Of a DNA stretch of 64,000 nucleotides, positions 1 through 10,125 are shown piece after piece. Each line of letters begins with the position of its first letter. Position 1 is the stretch's first letter. The stretch is from Candidatus Poribacteria bacterium (lineage in GTDB: Bacteria > Poribacteria > WGA-4E > PCPOR2b), in assembly GCA_965215015.1 (NCBI GenBank), contig OZ244042.1, forward strand, positions 5,024,001-5,088,000. The letters run 5' to 3'. The notes under the pieces were generated by a model, which saw only the letters and a program-made list of their open reading frames with translations, was not told the DNA's origin and did no database searches. Made by a program: the position numbers and the translations under genes.

Positions 1-2
1 GG

Positions 3-191
3 CAGGCGCGCTCTCGCGGTGCCCTACTCTCGATCAACACCGATGCACATGCAATCGCTGATATAGGACGTGGTCTATTCGGGATTAATGTTGCCCGGCG
101 TGGTTGGCTGGAGAAAACTGATGTTCTCAATACCTATTCATTGGCAGCTGTTAAAAAGATAATGGCTGGACGAGTAAGAGGTAACAAATGA
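3..191 (+). CDS. polX: 3' end of DNA polymerase X / PHP-domain protein (partial, runs off the window start)
   Basis: Frame 3 reads QARSRGALLSINTDAH...GINVARRGWLEKTDVLNT...*; INTDAH and ARRGWL..VLNT are typical of the PolX PHP C-terminus. Not in the ORF track. Confidence 0.8.
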   Translation, partial: QARSRGALLSINTDAHAIADIGRGLFGINVARRGWLEKTDVLNTYSLAAVKKIMAGRVRGNK

Positions 192-222
192 CCCTCATCT
201 ATTACCATAGGTTTTTCAGAAG

Positions 223-2079
223 ATGAAGATTCAAATCACAGATCAAATCTCTGAAATCGATGAGAAGACCTTATACGACTGGATAAAGCTGGGGCGCATA
301 CCGCGGGATGCCTCTGTATGGTCCGAAACGCTCACCGATGGTCAGTGGCAGCCTGTTAGCGAACTCCCGACAGTTCGGAAACTGTGGAGCCTTGACAGCG
401 ATTCAGGAAACGCAAGCACTGATAAATCGAAAAGCCGCAAAAACGAGTTGGGAGTTGAACACGGGTTTCTCAAGTACCGCAAAAGATTGCCCGTTGTAAC
501 ACTCATTTTAATTGCACTGAATGTTATTGTTTTTCACCCACTCGAACTTCGGTTGATTGCTTCCTCCCAAGACTTGGAGTCTCTGATCCAATTTGGGGCG
601 TATTCTTATCATCTCATCGTCGAAGAAGGTGAATATTGGCGTCTGCTAACAAGTACCTTTTTGCACGCCCACGCCTTGCACCTCCTCCTGAATATGGGTA
701 TACTCTTCCTCCTGGGCAGCTTACTGGAAGGGTTGTACGGCAGAAGTCGATTTCTGCTCTTCTACTTGATTTCAGCAAGCGTCAGCAGCATTGCGAGTTT
801 GCTTTTTGTCCGAGACGCCTTGGGGGTTGGGGCATCGGGTGCCGTATTCGGGTTAATCGGTGTTGCTATCGCTCTGGGCATCCGCTACAAGGACCGCCTG
901 CCTCGAAGACTGGGACGAATTCTCGGCTTACGGCTGCTCCCATTTGTTGGAATCGATCTTTTTCTTGGATTTTACGTCCTCCCACACTTTGGTTACAACG
1001 TCAACAACGCTGCCCACCTCAGCGGACTGTTCGCGGGGTTTGTTGGTGGGATGGTCCTTGCGCCAGCAATTTATAGCCATCATGAAGGTGAAAAAAAGAT
1101 CGTGACAGGCCTGGTAACAGTACTTGTGGGGTTGGCAGTTGTCAGTGGTGTCATGACCGTTTTACATGCCTCTACAAACTCGGTGGAAACGGTTGAACGG
1201 CAGGTTGATAGGGTATCCCCTGCAGATCTCCCCAATTATATCAAAAGTTATGAGAAGGAAATCTTAAGACGCCCTTATGATCCCAATGCTTACGCAGCTC
1301 TTGAGAACCTTTATGTCGAGGCATTAAAGGCACTTCCGGATGACGCTTCTTGGACACATAGACTCAAACAGTTCTATGAAAAGGCACTCCAAGCGGATCC
1401 GAGCAACCCCGTTTGGAATAATAATTTGTTTTGGGTTTACCAAGCAACCGCTTACGACCGCCCAAATGAAAAAGCAGAACTTACGGACTATATCGAATTA
1501 TGTGAGGCGGTCATAGATAAACAGGGCTATAATCAGGCCCTTTATCTCAATCTGGAATACTTTTATACGCGTGCCAAGGAGCTTGCTCCTCAGGAGAGAA
1601 GATTTTGGGATCGCAAGCTGGAAGATTTTTATCAGGGAGCTGTCGACAAAGATCCCGAAAATGGAACATGGAGCAACAACTTGGCGTGGCTCTATGTTGA
1701 ACAGCAGACCAATCCCCAAAAGACCGTAGAACTTGCACTAAACGCGGTGAGACAAGCCCCGACGGAAAAAAACTTCCTGGATACCCTTGGATGGGCATAT
1801 CTTCGGGATGGGCAGTATCGTAAAGCCTTTCGTGCATTCGAGCAAGTTGTCGCAAGCCCTGTAGCCACTAAGGAAGAATTGAAGGCTCAGGAAAGTGGCT
1901 GGAAGGGGATTACGGAGCTAGTTCAAATTGAGAAGTCCCCTCAGGCGTCACAAAACTTTAATCTGGCGTTTTTGAAATTTTATGGACGACTATCTCGTCT
2001 ATTCTCAGAGGATTCTACGAATCGGGCAAGACTGGATGCAGTCTTCAATCTCTTTCAGCAACGCACTCATAGAGAATAG
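223..2079 (+). CDS. Rhomboid intramembrane serine protease with N-terminal GYF_2-like domain and C-terminal TPR repeats
   Basis: WRLLT..FLH, GASG catalytic Ser, AAHLSG catalytic His, several TM helices; N-term WIKLGRI..DASVW..GQWQPV; C-term NNLAWLY / LDTLGWAY TPR motifs. Confidence 0.9.
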   Translation: MKIQITDQISEIDEKTLYDWIKLGRIPRDASVWSETLTDGQWQPVSELPTVRKLWSLDSDSGNASTDKSKSRKNELGVEHGFLKYRKRLPVVTLILIALNVIVFHPLELRLIASSQDLESLIQFGAYSYHLIVEEGEYWRLLTSTFLHAHALHLLLNMGILFLLGSLLEGLYGRSRFLLFYLISASVSSIASLLFVRDALGVGASGAVFGLIGVAIALGIRYKDRLPRRLGRILGLRLLPFVGIDLFLGFYVLPHFGYNVNNAAHLSGLFAGFVGGMVLAPAIYSHHEGEKKIVTGLVTVLVGLAVVSGVMTVLHASTNSVETVERQVDRVSPADLPNYIKSYEKEILRRPYDPNAYAALENLYVEALKALPDDASWTHRLKQFYEKALQADPSNPVWNNNLFWVYQATAYDRPNEKAELTDYIELCEAVIDKQGYNQALYLNLEYFYTRAKELAPQERRFWDRKLEDFYQGAVDKDPENGTWSNNLAWLYVEQQTNPQKTVELALNAVRQAPTEKNFLDTLGWAYLRDGQYRKAFRAFEQVVASPVATKEELKAQESGWKGITELVQIEKSPQASQNFNLAFLKFYGRLSRLFSEDSTNRARLDAVFNLFQQRTHRE

Positions 2080-2161
2080 GGCTTCTCGGCAGAAGTATTT
2101 GGGTATGCTTCAAAGCAAAAGGTTGACAAACAGTTATCTAAAAAGAGAAGGAGAGGCCGTT

Positions 2162-3517
2162 TCACGCATCACACCCACCTGCTTCTGTGTAATGTTTCAG
2201 TTTATACTGTAAAGAACGCAGGCTAATTCCCAAAATCTCTGCCGTTCGGGTGCGATTGCCGTCCATTCTTTCAAGGGTTTTGAGGATTAGCTCTTTTTCC
2301 ATCTCCTTCATTGTCAATCCTACAGGTACGCTTTCGATCGGCTGCCGCCCGGTGGACTGAACTTCTTCGGGAAGATGTTTGGGGAGAATTACATCGCCTT
2401 CTGCGAAGAGGACCGCCCGTAGAATGGAGTATTCCAACTCTCGTACATTGCCAGGCCAGTCGTATTGCATGAAAAGTTCTCTCGCCTTTTGGCTGATCAA
2501 TCGGGCGGGTTGATTGTGAGCTCTACTGTGTTTTTGTAGAAAATATTCAGCCAATATCAAGATGTCCTTCTGGCGGGCTCGCAATAGGGGTAGGTGGATT
2601 GGAATTATATTCAAACGGTAGTAGAGGTCCGGACGAAATGTCCCCGCTTCAATGGCCTGTCGCAAGTCTTGATTGGTCGCTGCAATGATTCGTACATCAA
2701 CGCTGATAACCTTTGTGCCGCCCAAACGTTCGATTTCTCCCTCTTGCAAGGCGCGTAACAGCTTGGATTGCAGTTCAATCGACATATTTCCAATTTCATC
2801 TAAAAACAGTGTGCTGCCGTGCCCGCGTTCAAATTTTCCAATCTTTTGGTAAGTGGCTCCAGTAAACGCACCACGCTCATATCCAAAGAGCTCGCTCTCT
2901 AGAAGGTGATCCGGAATGGCGGCACAATTGACAACTACCATCGCCTTTCCTCTGCGCGAACTATTTTGGTGAAGGGCGCGAGCAACCAGCTCCTTCCCCG
3001 TACCGCTCTCTCCTTGGACTAACACTGTAGAATCTGTATCTGCAACCTTTTCGATAATCTTTAAGACTTCGAGGATAGGAGGGCTTTCGCCCACAATTTC
3101 TTCGTAGTTGTGGATGAGTTCATCCCTAGCACTGTGTTCCACTGTGCGCTGGTGCTCTAATGCCTGACCGACCTTTTGCGTAATATGTTCTGGTTGGAAG
3201 GGTTTTTCCAAGAAATCATACGCCCCCCGCTTCGTCGCCTCGACAGCACGCTGGATTGTGCCGTGTGCTGTTAACATAAGCACGAGTAGACCGGGATACT
3301 TTTCGTGGAGGTGTGCAAGGGTTTCGATGCCATCCAAGCGGGGCATTTGAATATCCAAAAGGACTAGGTCCGGTAGGTCCTGATCAATTAATTCCAGTGC
3401 CTCACCCCCATCAGTAGCCGTCGCCACTTCGTACCCTTCCATTTCAAGGCGATCTTGTAAGATTAGAATGGTGTCTGGTTCATCATCGACGATGAGGATT
3501 TTTTCTTGCTCGTTCAT
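2162..3517 (-). CDS. Sigma-54-dependent response regulator (NtrC/AtoC family: REC-AAA+-Fis HTH)
   Basis: ILIVDDE receiver, GESGTGKE, GAFTGA, LFLDEIG, WPGNVREL, C-terminal GNRTRTAEILGIS HTH. Confidence 0.95.
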   Translation of the reverse strand: MNEQEKILIVDDEPDTILILQDRLEMEGYEVATATDGGEALELIDQDLPDLVLLDIQMPRLDGIETLAHLHEKYPGLLVLMLTAHGTIQRAVEATKRGAYDFLEKPFQPEHITQKVGQALEHQRTVEHSARDELIHNYEEIVGESPPILEVLKIIEKVADTDSTVLVQGESGTGKELVARALHQNSSRRGKAMVVVNCAAIPDHLLESELFGYERGAFTGATYQKIGKFERGHGSTLFLDEIGNMSIELQSKLLRALQEGEIERLGGTKVISVDVRIIAATNQDLRQAIEAGTFRPDLYYRLNIIPIHLPLLRARQKDILILAEYFLQKHSRAHNQPARLISQKARELFMQYDWPGNVRELEYSILRAVLFAEGDVILPKHLPEEVQSTGRQPIESVPVGLTMKEMEKELILKTLERMDGNRTRTAEILGISLRSLQYKLKHYTEAGGCDA

Positions 3518-3873
3518 CTGAAATGCCCTACCATACCGGGATAATAGTATTAAGACTTACGCAGCTGACCCCTCGAAACCAACACCAGAAAAGGGCGCGC
3601 AATGTTCATTGTTGATTGAGCCCTGACTCTTGCGCTAGAGTCAGGGGCTCCTCGGCAATTCATCGCCGGCTGCCAGAATACTTAAACTTAAAATCGTCTC
3701 AAGTAGATAGATGGGTTCAGTTTGTCAAATGTCAACAGAACCTAGCCCACAAATTCAACACTTTTTTGCTTAACAACATGCTTTGGCTGGCTACAAAGAT
3801 TGTTAGGCGTCCCCTAACAATCTTTCTCCTCCCTAAAGGCTTGGGCTGCGGGTGCTTGCTAGCAAGATTAGAT

Positions 3874-3901
3874 AAAAAAAGGCAGCACATTGGCTGCCTT
3901 T
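3874..3901 (-). terminator. Rho-independent terminator 2 downstream of exbD
   Basis: AAAGGCAGC-6 nt loop-GCTGCCTTT stem followed by a U-tract on the minus strand. Confidence 0.7.
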
Positions 3902-3941
3902 AAGAATTAAGAATGTATCGACACTTCTAAAATCAGTTGTG

Positions 3942-3967
3942 AAAAAGGCAGCGCATCAGCTGCCTTT
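3942..3967 (-). terminator. Rho-independent terminator 1 downstream of exbD
   Basis: Same AAAGGCAGC/GCTGCCTTT stem, 13 nt after the exbD stop, with a U-tract. Confidence 0.7.
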
Positions 3968-3980
3968 AGGTATAGCGCAG

Positions 3981-4415
3981 TTATTGCCCACCGTAACTTT
4001 CTTCTGCCACCATTAAAGCGATTTCCTGCCCCTCCGTTTTACTAAATCGACGTTTCGCACGTTCCATGACATCAATAACTCTGCCATGTTTGGCAAGTCT
4101 GTCCGCTTTGATAATGAGTGTAGTAATTTGAGACTCTTTTGACGACAGATACATTTCCATATCATCTAGCGTTAGCATCTCCAGATCATCGAATGAAATT
4201 CTGCCATCTGCACTGATAAAGAGATTGAATTTCTTACGCGGAAAATCGTGCTTTGTAGCTGACTCCGGCAGCGTCACCGTAAAAGGCGGAGGAACACGCA
4301 TAATCGCTGAAACCATAAAGAAGATTAACAATAGGAAAACGCAGTCAATCATTGGTTCCATCATCAAGGTTTGACCACGTTCCTTGGTTCTCCCCGTCCG
4401 CATTTGTATAGCCAT
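3981..4415 (-). CDS. exbD: Biopolymer transport protein ExbD/TolR
   Basis: PMIDCVFLLLIFFMV TM motif with the conserved Asp; IIKADR...HGRVIDVM. Confidence 0.9.
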   Translation of the reverse strand: MAIQMRTGRTKERGQTLMMEPMIDCVFLLLIFFMVSAIMRVPPPFTVTLPESATKHDFPRKKFNLFISADGRISFDDLEMLTLDDMEMYLSSKESQITTLIIKADRLAKHGRVIDVMERAKRRFSKTEGQEIALMVAEESYGGQ

Positions 4416-4429
4416 AGTACCCTCCTTTG

Positions 4430-4876
4430 TTATTCCCTTGCCACCACTGCAAAGCCGATTTTGTCTATACCCGCTTGCTTGGCAATATCCATCACGCTAA
4501 TAATCTGCTCATGTATGACATCTCGCTCTGACTGGATGATTACCATATTCTTAATTTCTTCGGGAGCATGAATAAACTCGGTAAACATCTGATTCATATT
4601 AACAATCTCGTCATTTAAAATCATTGTGCCATACTTCTGAGCACCTTCAGGGTTTGCAATCCTCACGATGAGTCCTTTGGGTTTATTCGGATTCGGTTTA
4701 CCTGGAGGAGGTAATTGAACGCGAATGCCAGGCATCGGTGCAAAGCTAGTCGAAACCATGAAGAAAATGAGAAGCAGGAACACACAGTCGATCATTGGAG
4801 CCATATCGAGCTTAGGCGATCTCCGCTCCCTAGCTGCCATTCGGGTCATACCACTAGGTGCTTGCGTACTTGCCAT
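4430..4876 (-). CDS. exbD: Biopolymer transport protein ExbD/TolR
   Basis: MAPMIDCVFLLLIFFMV; VMDIAKQAGIDKIGF C-terminus. Confidence 0.92.
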   Translation of the reverse strand: MASTQAPSGMTRMAARERRSPKLDMAPMIDCVFLLLIFFMVSTSFAPMPGIRVQLPPPGKPNPNKPKGLIVRIANPEGAQKYGTMILNDEIVNMNQMFTEFIHAPEEIKNMVIIQSERDVIHEQIISVMDIAKQAGIDKIGFAVVARE

Positions 4877-4959
4877 TTTCGACGCCCTCCTATTCTAAAA
4901 GGTAAGTCTTCCTGTCACCCAAAGGGGATGCCTATAGGGTGACAGGAGAAGGTTGAAAT

Positions 4960-5955
4960 TTACGCGTTGCTTGAGTGACCAAGGATTAGTTGGTTGACGA
5001 TTTCAGTCGAAACCTGTTCAATCTCAAGCACAAATTTGTTGACCCAACTCTCAAAGACCTGGGAGAAAATGAGACATGGAATAGCAATGGTTAAACCACC
5101 GGCGGTCGTCAACAACGCTTGGGAAATACCCCCGGCGAGTGCCTGGGGGTCACCAGTACCTTCCAATGCGATTGTGGTAAACGCGTTAATCATACCCATC
5201 ACTGTACCGAGAAGACCAAATAGCGGTGAGATAACCGCAACCGTACTAATAACAGGAATGTTTCGCTCAAGTTCTGGAATCTCAAGGAGTCCCGCTTCTT
5301 GGATGGATTCCTGTATCTCTTCTTTCGTAATATCTTCCTCTTCGATCTGGGCTTGACTGTATCTTAGCAGGCCCGCTTTCAGAACATTTGCAAGTGGGCC
5401 CCCTGCTTCTTCACAGGTTGAAACCGCTTCCATAATGTTATCGTTACGCAAAGAATCAGTAATACTTGCCATGAACTGTTCTGTACCCAGCTTGGAACGA
5501 CTTCTTAAGAAAGTGAAGAGCCGCTCGATAATGAACGTCAACGCAGCGACAGAACAGAGGAGGAGCGGCCAAAAGACAATGCCAAACTTAGCAAAGAAAG
5601 TGACAATTGTATCTTTTTTGGTCATTTTCAACGGCACATAGTGGTCCCCTCCGGCAACGATGGTGACCGGTTTACCGGTTCGGTCGCCATATCCCTCTTT
5701 GTAAATACTGAGGAGATAACGCCCCGGCGGCAAGCCCGATTTGCTATATTCACCGACCTCATCCGTTGTCGCTTCATGTTCCACACCATCGGTGTCGACC
5801 ACAAGAACTCTAACGTCACTAATCGGCGTTTGTGCTGTCGTGGTGTCCACAACGTTACCACGAACGGTGCCAGTTGACACCTCTTGGGCAAACGCAACAG
5901 CGCCATAAATAATCAACATACTAGCTAGAATTAAGGTTAAACTCAGGTGTTTCAT
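4960..5955 (-). CDS. exbB: MotA/TolQ/ExbB proton channel protein with signal peptide and periplasmic carboxypeptidase-regulatory-like (Ig-like) domain
   Basis: SPLFGLLGTVMGMINAF, LAGGISQALLTTAGGL.IAIP; N-term GTVRGNVVD...GLPPGRYLLSI.KEGY. Confidence 0.9.
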   Translation of the reverse strand: MKHLSLTLILASMLIIYGAVAFAQEVSTGTVRGNVVDTTTAQTPISDVRVLVVDTDGVEHEATTDEVGEYSKSGLPPGRYLLSIYKEGYGDRTGKPVTIVAGGDHYVPLKMTKKDTIVTFFAKFGIVFWPLLLCSVAALTFIIERLFTFLRSRSKLGTEQFMASITDSLRNDNIMEAVSTCEEAGGPLANVLKAGLLRYSQAQIEEEDITKEEIQESIQEAGLLEIPELERNIPVISTVAVISPLFGLLGTVMGMINAFTTIALEGTGDPQALAGGISQALLTTAGGLTIAIPCLIFSQVFESWVNKFVLEIEQVSTEIVNQLILGHSSNA

Positions 5956-6139
5956 GTATTCCCCCTATTGGAGTTTGAAGTGGAGTTAAAACAGAGAGGG
6001 TGCGAAGCGATACCAAACCTATTACCCTCAATTCAAGTCGCCTCAACCACCTCGTATCGGACGACTAAATCCTTATATACTATATCCTAAAGTCTTGGCT
6101 TTATAAACACTTTCGTTTTTTGAAAGTTTCGGTGAAATC

Positions 6140-6175
6140 AAAAAAGTGCCAAGCATAAAAATGCCCGGCACTTTT
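6140..6175 (-). terminator. Terminator/stem-loop after the large lipoprotein gene
   Basis: AAAAGTGCC...GGCACTTTT inverted repeat just after the stop, with a U-tract. Confidence 0.6.
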
Positions 6176-6183
6176 AGAGGTTG

Positions 6184-9100
6184 TTAGAATCCCATCATTG
6201 CTCGCACGAAGGTGGTATTACTTGTCGTGTGGTCGAGCAAGATAGTGGTTCTCCTGAAACCTGCGAGAATGACGATATTAAAACCTTGCCATTCACCTCG
6301 ACTGATTGACTGGACTTCAAAGATACGCGTACGGATGTCTGGACGGAAGAGAATTGGAATATCAGCATCCGCAAACGCTGGCGTCGCTAAATAGTCTTTG
6401 ATATTTGAATCGCGGTTGGTGAACTTGCGATACTGAAAACCCCCGAGGACATTCATCCTCTGGGTGAACTGATAATCCAAACGAACACCGAGCACATCTT
6501 CACGGCTACGTTTGTTAAATCGCAGATATTCAACGACCTCCGGATCATCAGGAACAAATTTCGTCGGATCCAGCGGGTTGATATAGGTGCCGCTTAAAAT
6601 ATCATCAGTCGTATGATCAAACGCTCGGGTCCAAATATATTTCGTCATCGGTGTCAGCGTTAAATCTTCACCAATTCTGTCCACACCGGGCAAATCGCCC
6701 AATGGGATTTCATATTTGGCCCTGATAATCGTAATCTGATTTCGGACAGTTTTCTCTTGAAAACGACGTGGTATCCAGTTTTCCTGATCATAGATTAAGC
6801 CAAGATCCTCTGGATCCAGCGGGTTAAGCCCGTGGTCCGGATAGAACGGAAATGACTTCCGGTCACCATCAGCGCGGACCTGCTCATCCGGCACCATGAA
6901 ATCAACATGATCGTCCTTTTCTTGCGATGGGTCATCTTGGGCAAAATCCAGCGCAATGGCATCCTCTTCATCGAGTCCCAACTGTTTTCGCCAGTCAACG
7001 AGGAACTTGGTCTCGAGTGTTAAGTTGGGTATCGCACTGTAAAGAAACTGAAGGCTTGTCACGTTGACTCGTGTCTTGAAAAAATCAAGAAAATCAGATT
7101 CCTGTGTGGCATCCAACTCGCCAGGTCGCAAGGTGATCGAGTAATCTGGAATATCATCGTCAACACGGACAAAGCGGTTTTGGAACAGCACTGTTCCGAA
7201 ATCTGGAACATCACGCTGGAAGCTCAGATGGGCATATTTTGAATCGTTTTTCCGCTGGCTGGAAACTTCACTCTCATTTAACCAACCTAATTTGAGGGTT
7301 AGGTTATCGAGTAAGTCGTAGCTAGCTTCGACATGGTATCCTTCGCGATTGATACCGTATTCATACTGCGGCTCAAAATCATCTTCCAATGAATCAACAA
7401 CGCCATTATTATTAAGGTCAATGAGATCTTCAAAAACCGGAGGATCTGCCTCAAAGATGAGGAAGTCTTCTTGGTAATCGAGGATGCCATTCTGGTCACG
7501 GTCATCGGCTTGCGGCAGGACGCCATCAAAGTCGATGCTATCTGGCCAGTCATCGTCGTCATCATCGTCTTCAATGAGTGAGTAATTAATCTCATCGAAG
7601 GGAAGGATTTCTGCGCCGGATTCAGGTGTTCGTTCAAGAGAATAGGTCGCATCTCTTGCATCGTTCGCGCCAAAGTTATAGTAAGTAGTTGTATAACCCG
7701 GATCGATATGGTAAAAAGTTCCCTCAAGGAAGAGTTTGCCGTAACGCTGCCTGAGATTGACAAACCAGGCGGTTTCACGCCCCATCTCTCCGTCATCATT
7801 CGGATCACCATTCAACTTGGCTTCAAACCTTTCCCCTTCTGTTTCGGAGTATGTGGGGATGCCGTTGGCATCAAGAGGAACTCCAAAGGTTGGGTTAAGA
7901 TTCCCATCGTCCAACTGCTCTCTTTCATCTATGGTAACGCCAGCACCTTCAATTTCAGGATTCAGGCGGCTAAAACCAATCTGGTCCCTCGGAATCGTTG
8001 GATACTGCTTAAATTTGCCGTTAATTGAATAGTGCGCCCGGATAAAGGTGTTGAATAGGGTACCCTCCAGATCGATGCCATACAGCACACCCGCGCGTGC
8101 TGCGCCGTAGCGATATCGAATCGTACGCGATTGGCCTTCATCCTCCCACCGACTTGGGTTATGTTTCAGGCTTGCCCGGTTTTGCGTATAATGTTCGGAT
8201 CGACCATAGTTGCCAGGGGCCTGAAGCACATCACGATACGGTGTTTCAATACGACCATCTTCGGTCTTAATCCATTCCGCTGCGAGTGGATCGTCCGATC
8301 TGTTTGCCTCACTAAATCCGATGACGACGATATTATAGTCGCCAGCAACCGTCATCTCAAATTCAATGGACTTCACTGTGCGGGGATCGATGGGTCCATT
8401 GGGAAGTTCTTCAGAAGTGAGATCCAAGGTATACTGCATCTTATTGAACCCTTCGGCAATTTTCCATTGTCCATCAGCAGATTCAATCGGTTCCGCACTG
8501 CCTTCTACAGCAACGATATCATCAATAAATACTGAGATTGTCTGTGACCTCTCAGGACCCGCCGGCCGGTCTGGGCCTTCATCGGGGAAACCGGAAAGTG
8601 CTTGTGTGATAACGTGTACTTTCATGCCCTTAACGGCAACACCGACTCCACCCTGAATCTTTGCGACTTGGGTTTCCCTTTCGAGATCATGCGCTAATCC
8701 CCCATAATTGTTATCCTCAGGAGAATCATCACGAAAGACAACAACGATTCTGTCTGGTGGTGTATTGGCAACCGAACCACCGAACAGAGGATTCTCGACC
8801 CGTTCCGGGTGTTCCTTGTGGAGATTGACATAGGTGAGCCCTACGCGGAACACATCTCCTAGCAACCCTTGGGCGCGAAACCCGATTAAGCGAGCATTTT
8901 CAATATGGCGCAGTCCCACATCATCGCTGAAGCCATTACGGCGCCCTAGCGTTGGTGCGAGGTTTGCCGCTGCATCTGACAACTGCACCGGGTTAGAAAT
9001 GCGGGAGTTCAGCAAAGTGAAAAGGTGACGTTCTTGAGAGAACGAGATGTCCCATCTGAAGCCATCAAATTCAGTTTTGTAGATGATATACCGGTTAGGG

Positions 9101-9519
9101 AATAGTGTTTGGGGCTTAATACGCATATTATCCCCAATAACAAATTGTGTAAATCTGCCACGGAAGTTATCTTCAGTTAAAATCTGGCGGTCCAACTGGG
9201 CGGAAAATCTTTCGCTATCAAGCTGACCGGTCCAACCCAAAATCAGTTCTCCGTGTTGATCGAATTCTTTCACCTCGCGGTAATTATACACTTCGTTACC
9301 TTCGAGGAGTTCTCTACCAAACAGGTCATAGAAGAACTGAGGTTCTTCTTCTAATTGGAAACGGTCGGAAAAGTTTGCCTGTCCTTCGACCGTCGGTAAA
9401 AGCGGTTCTTGTGGACCAAGACTCGTTGCACCGCACCCATAAAGCACAAAACAACTGATTAGCCCCGCTAATAAAAAAAGAACATCAGGTGAGCGTTTTG
9501 AAAACTTCATTACTTTCAT
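6184..9519 (-). CDS. Large hypothetical lipoprotein / probable outer-membrane beta-barrel protein with Asp-rich Ca-binding-like repeats
   Basis: Start reassigned to 9519 (AAGGAGG RBS); lipobox-like VLYGC; DDRDQNGILD and DLNNNGVVD motifs; amphipathic beta-strands in the C-terminal half; terminal Phe. Confidence 0.7.
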   Translation of the reverse strand: MKVMKFSKRSPDVLFLLAGLISCFVLYGCGATSLGPQEPLLPTVEGQANFSDRFQLEEEPQFFYDLFGRELLEGNEVYNYREVKEFDQHGELILGWTGQLDSERFSAQLDRQILTEDNFRGRFTQFVIGDNMRIKPQTLFPNRYIIYKTEFDGFRWDISFSQERHLFTLLNSRISNPVQLSDAAANLAPTLGRRNGFSDDVGLRHIENARLIGFRAQGLLGDVFRVGLTYVNLHKEHPERVENPLFGGSVANTPPDRIVVVFRDDSPEDNNYGGLAHDLERETQVAKIQGGVGVAVKGMKVHVITQALSGFPDEGPDRPAGPERSQTISVFIDDIVAVEGSAEPIESADGQWKIAEGFNKMQYTLDLTSEELPNGPIDPRTVKSIEFEMTVAGDYNIVVIGFSEANRSDDPLAAEWIKTEDGRIETPYRDVLQAPGNYGRSEHYTQNRASLKHNPSRWEDEGQSRTIRYRYGAARAGVLYGIDLEGTLFNTFIRAHYSINGKFKQYPTIPRDQIGFSRLNPEIEGAGVTIDEREQLDDGNLNPTFGVPLDANGIPTYSETEGERFEAKLNGDPNDDGEMGRETAWFVNLRQRYGKLFLEGTFYHIDPGYTTTYYNFGANDARDATYSLERTPESGAEILPFDEINYSLIEDDDDDDDWPDSIDFDGVLPQADDRDQNGILDYQEDFLIFEADPPVFEDLIDLNNNGVVDSLEDDFEPQYEYGINREGYHVEASYDLLDNLTLKLGWLNESEVSSQRKNDSKYAHLSFQRDVPDFGTVLFQNRFVRVDDDIPDYSITLRPGELDATQESDFLDFFKTRVNVTSLQFLYSAIPNLTLETKFLVDWRKQLGLDEEDAIALDFAQDDPSQEKDDHVDFMVPDEQVRADGDRKSFPFYPDHGLNPLDPEDLGLIYDQENWIPRRFQEKTVRNQITIIRAKYEIPLGDLPGVDRIGEDLTLTPMTKYIWTRAFDHTTDDILSGTYINPLDPTKFVPDDPEVVEYLRFNKRSREDVLGVRLDYQFTQRMNVLGGFQYRKFTNRDSNIKDYLATPAFADADIPILFRPDIRTRIFEVQSISRGEWQGFNIVILAGFRRTTILLDHTTSNTTFVRAMMGF

Positions 9520-10125
9520 TTGCCTCCTTGAGGAAATCATAAATTACATTTGACGTAAAAGTGAGGATATAAAACCTCCATAATCACGTTCATCCAAGCA
9601 CCAAGTTAAAATAAGGAGATGGAATTAATCACAGCTTTGGAGTTTTAGACTGTTTATCAATCCCTCTCCCATTTCAACCTGCGTCAGTAGTGAAACATAT
9701 CGTAACCTCCTTTAACAAGGATTTATTAGCAATACAAAACTATATTAGTTGCTTAGATTTCATACAAAAACAGTCATTACATTTTTTCTGCTAGAGTTGT
9801 ACCCCAGCGGTATCAGGTTGAGGCTTGCAGCCCAATCTATCGGGATACAAGCATCTGAAAACAGTTGGCATGCAAATAATTAACGTTCAAAGTTAGACAC
9901 TGATTAAGGTTTAGGCATCGCTCATTGAGTGAGCCGGATAATTTACATGCTTGACTTGGAAATCATTCACGTTTTTCATCCTTCTTGCCACCACTGTTGC
10001 GCGATGTTCCGAGTATCTTTGCGCTCTCTTTTGACATGAGCCAACACGAAAATTCCATGTCTAACCTGTATTCAATTTATGCTTTTTTTCTCGATGAAAC
10101 TCTGCTCTGAAAAAAAGTAACTTCT

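Noticed and set aside
6135-6152. Sigma-54 promoter (TGGCAC) upstream of exbB
   Set aside because: No GC at the -12 position with correct spacing; the sequence is part of a terminator stem.
9657-9698. Selenocysteine read-through of the MFHY uORF
   Set aside because: A second TGA follows 9 codons later, and no SECIS-like hairpin is evident.
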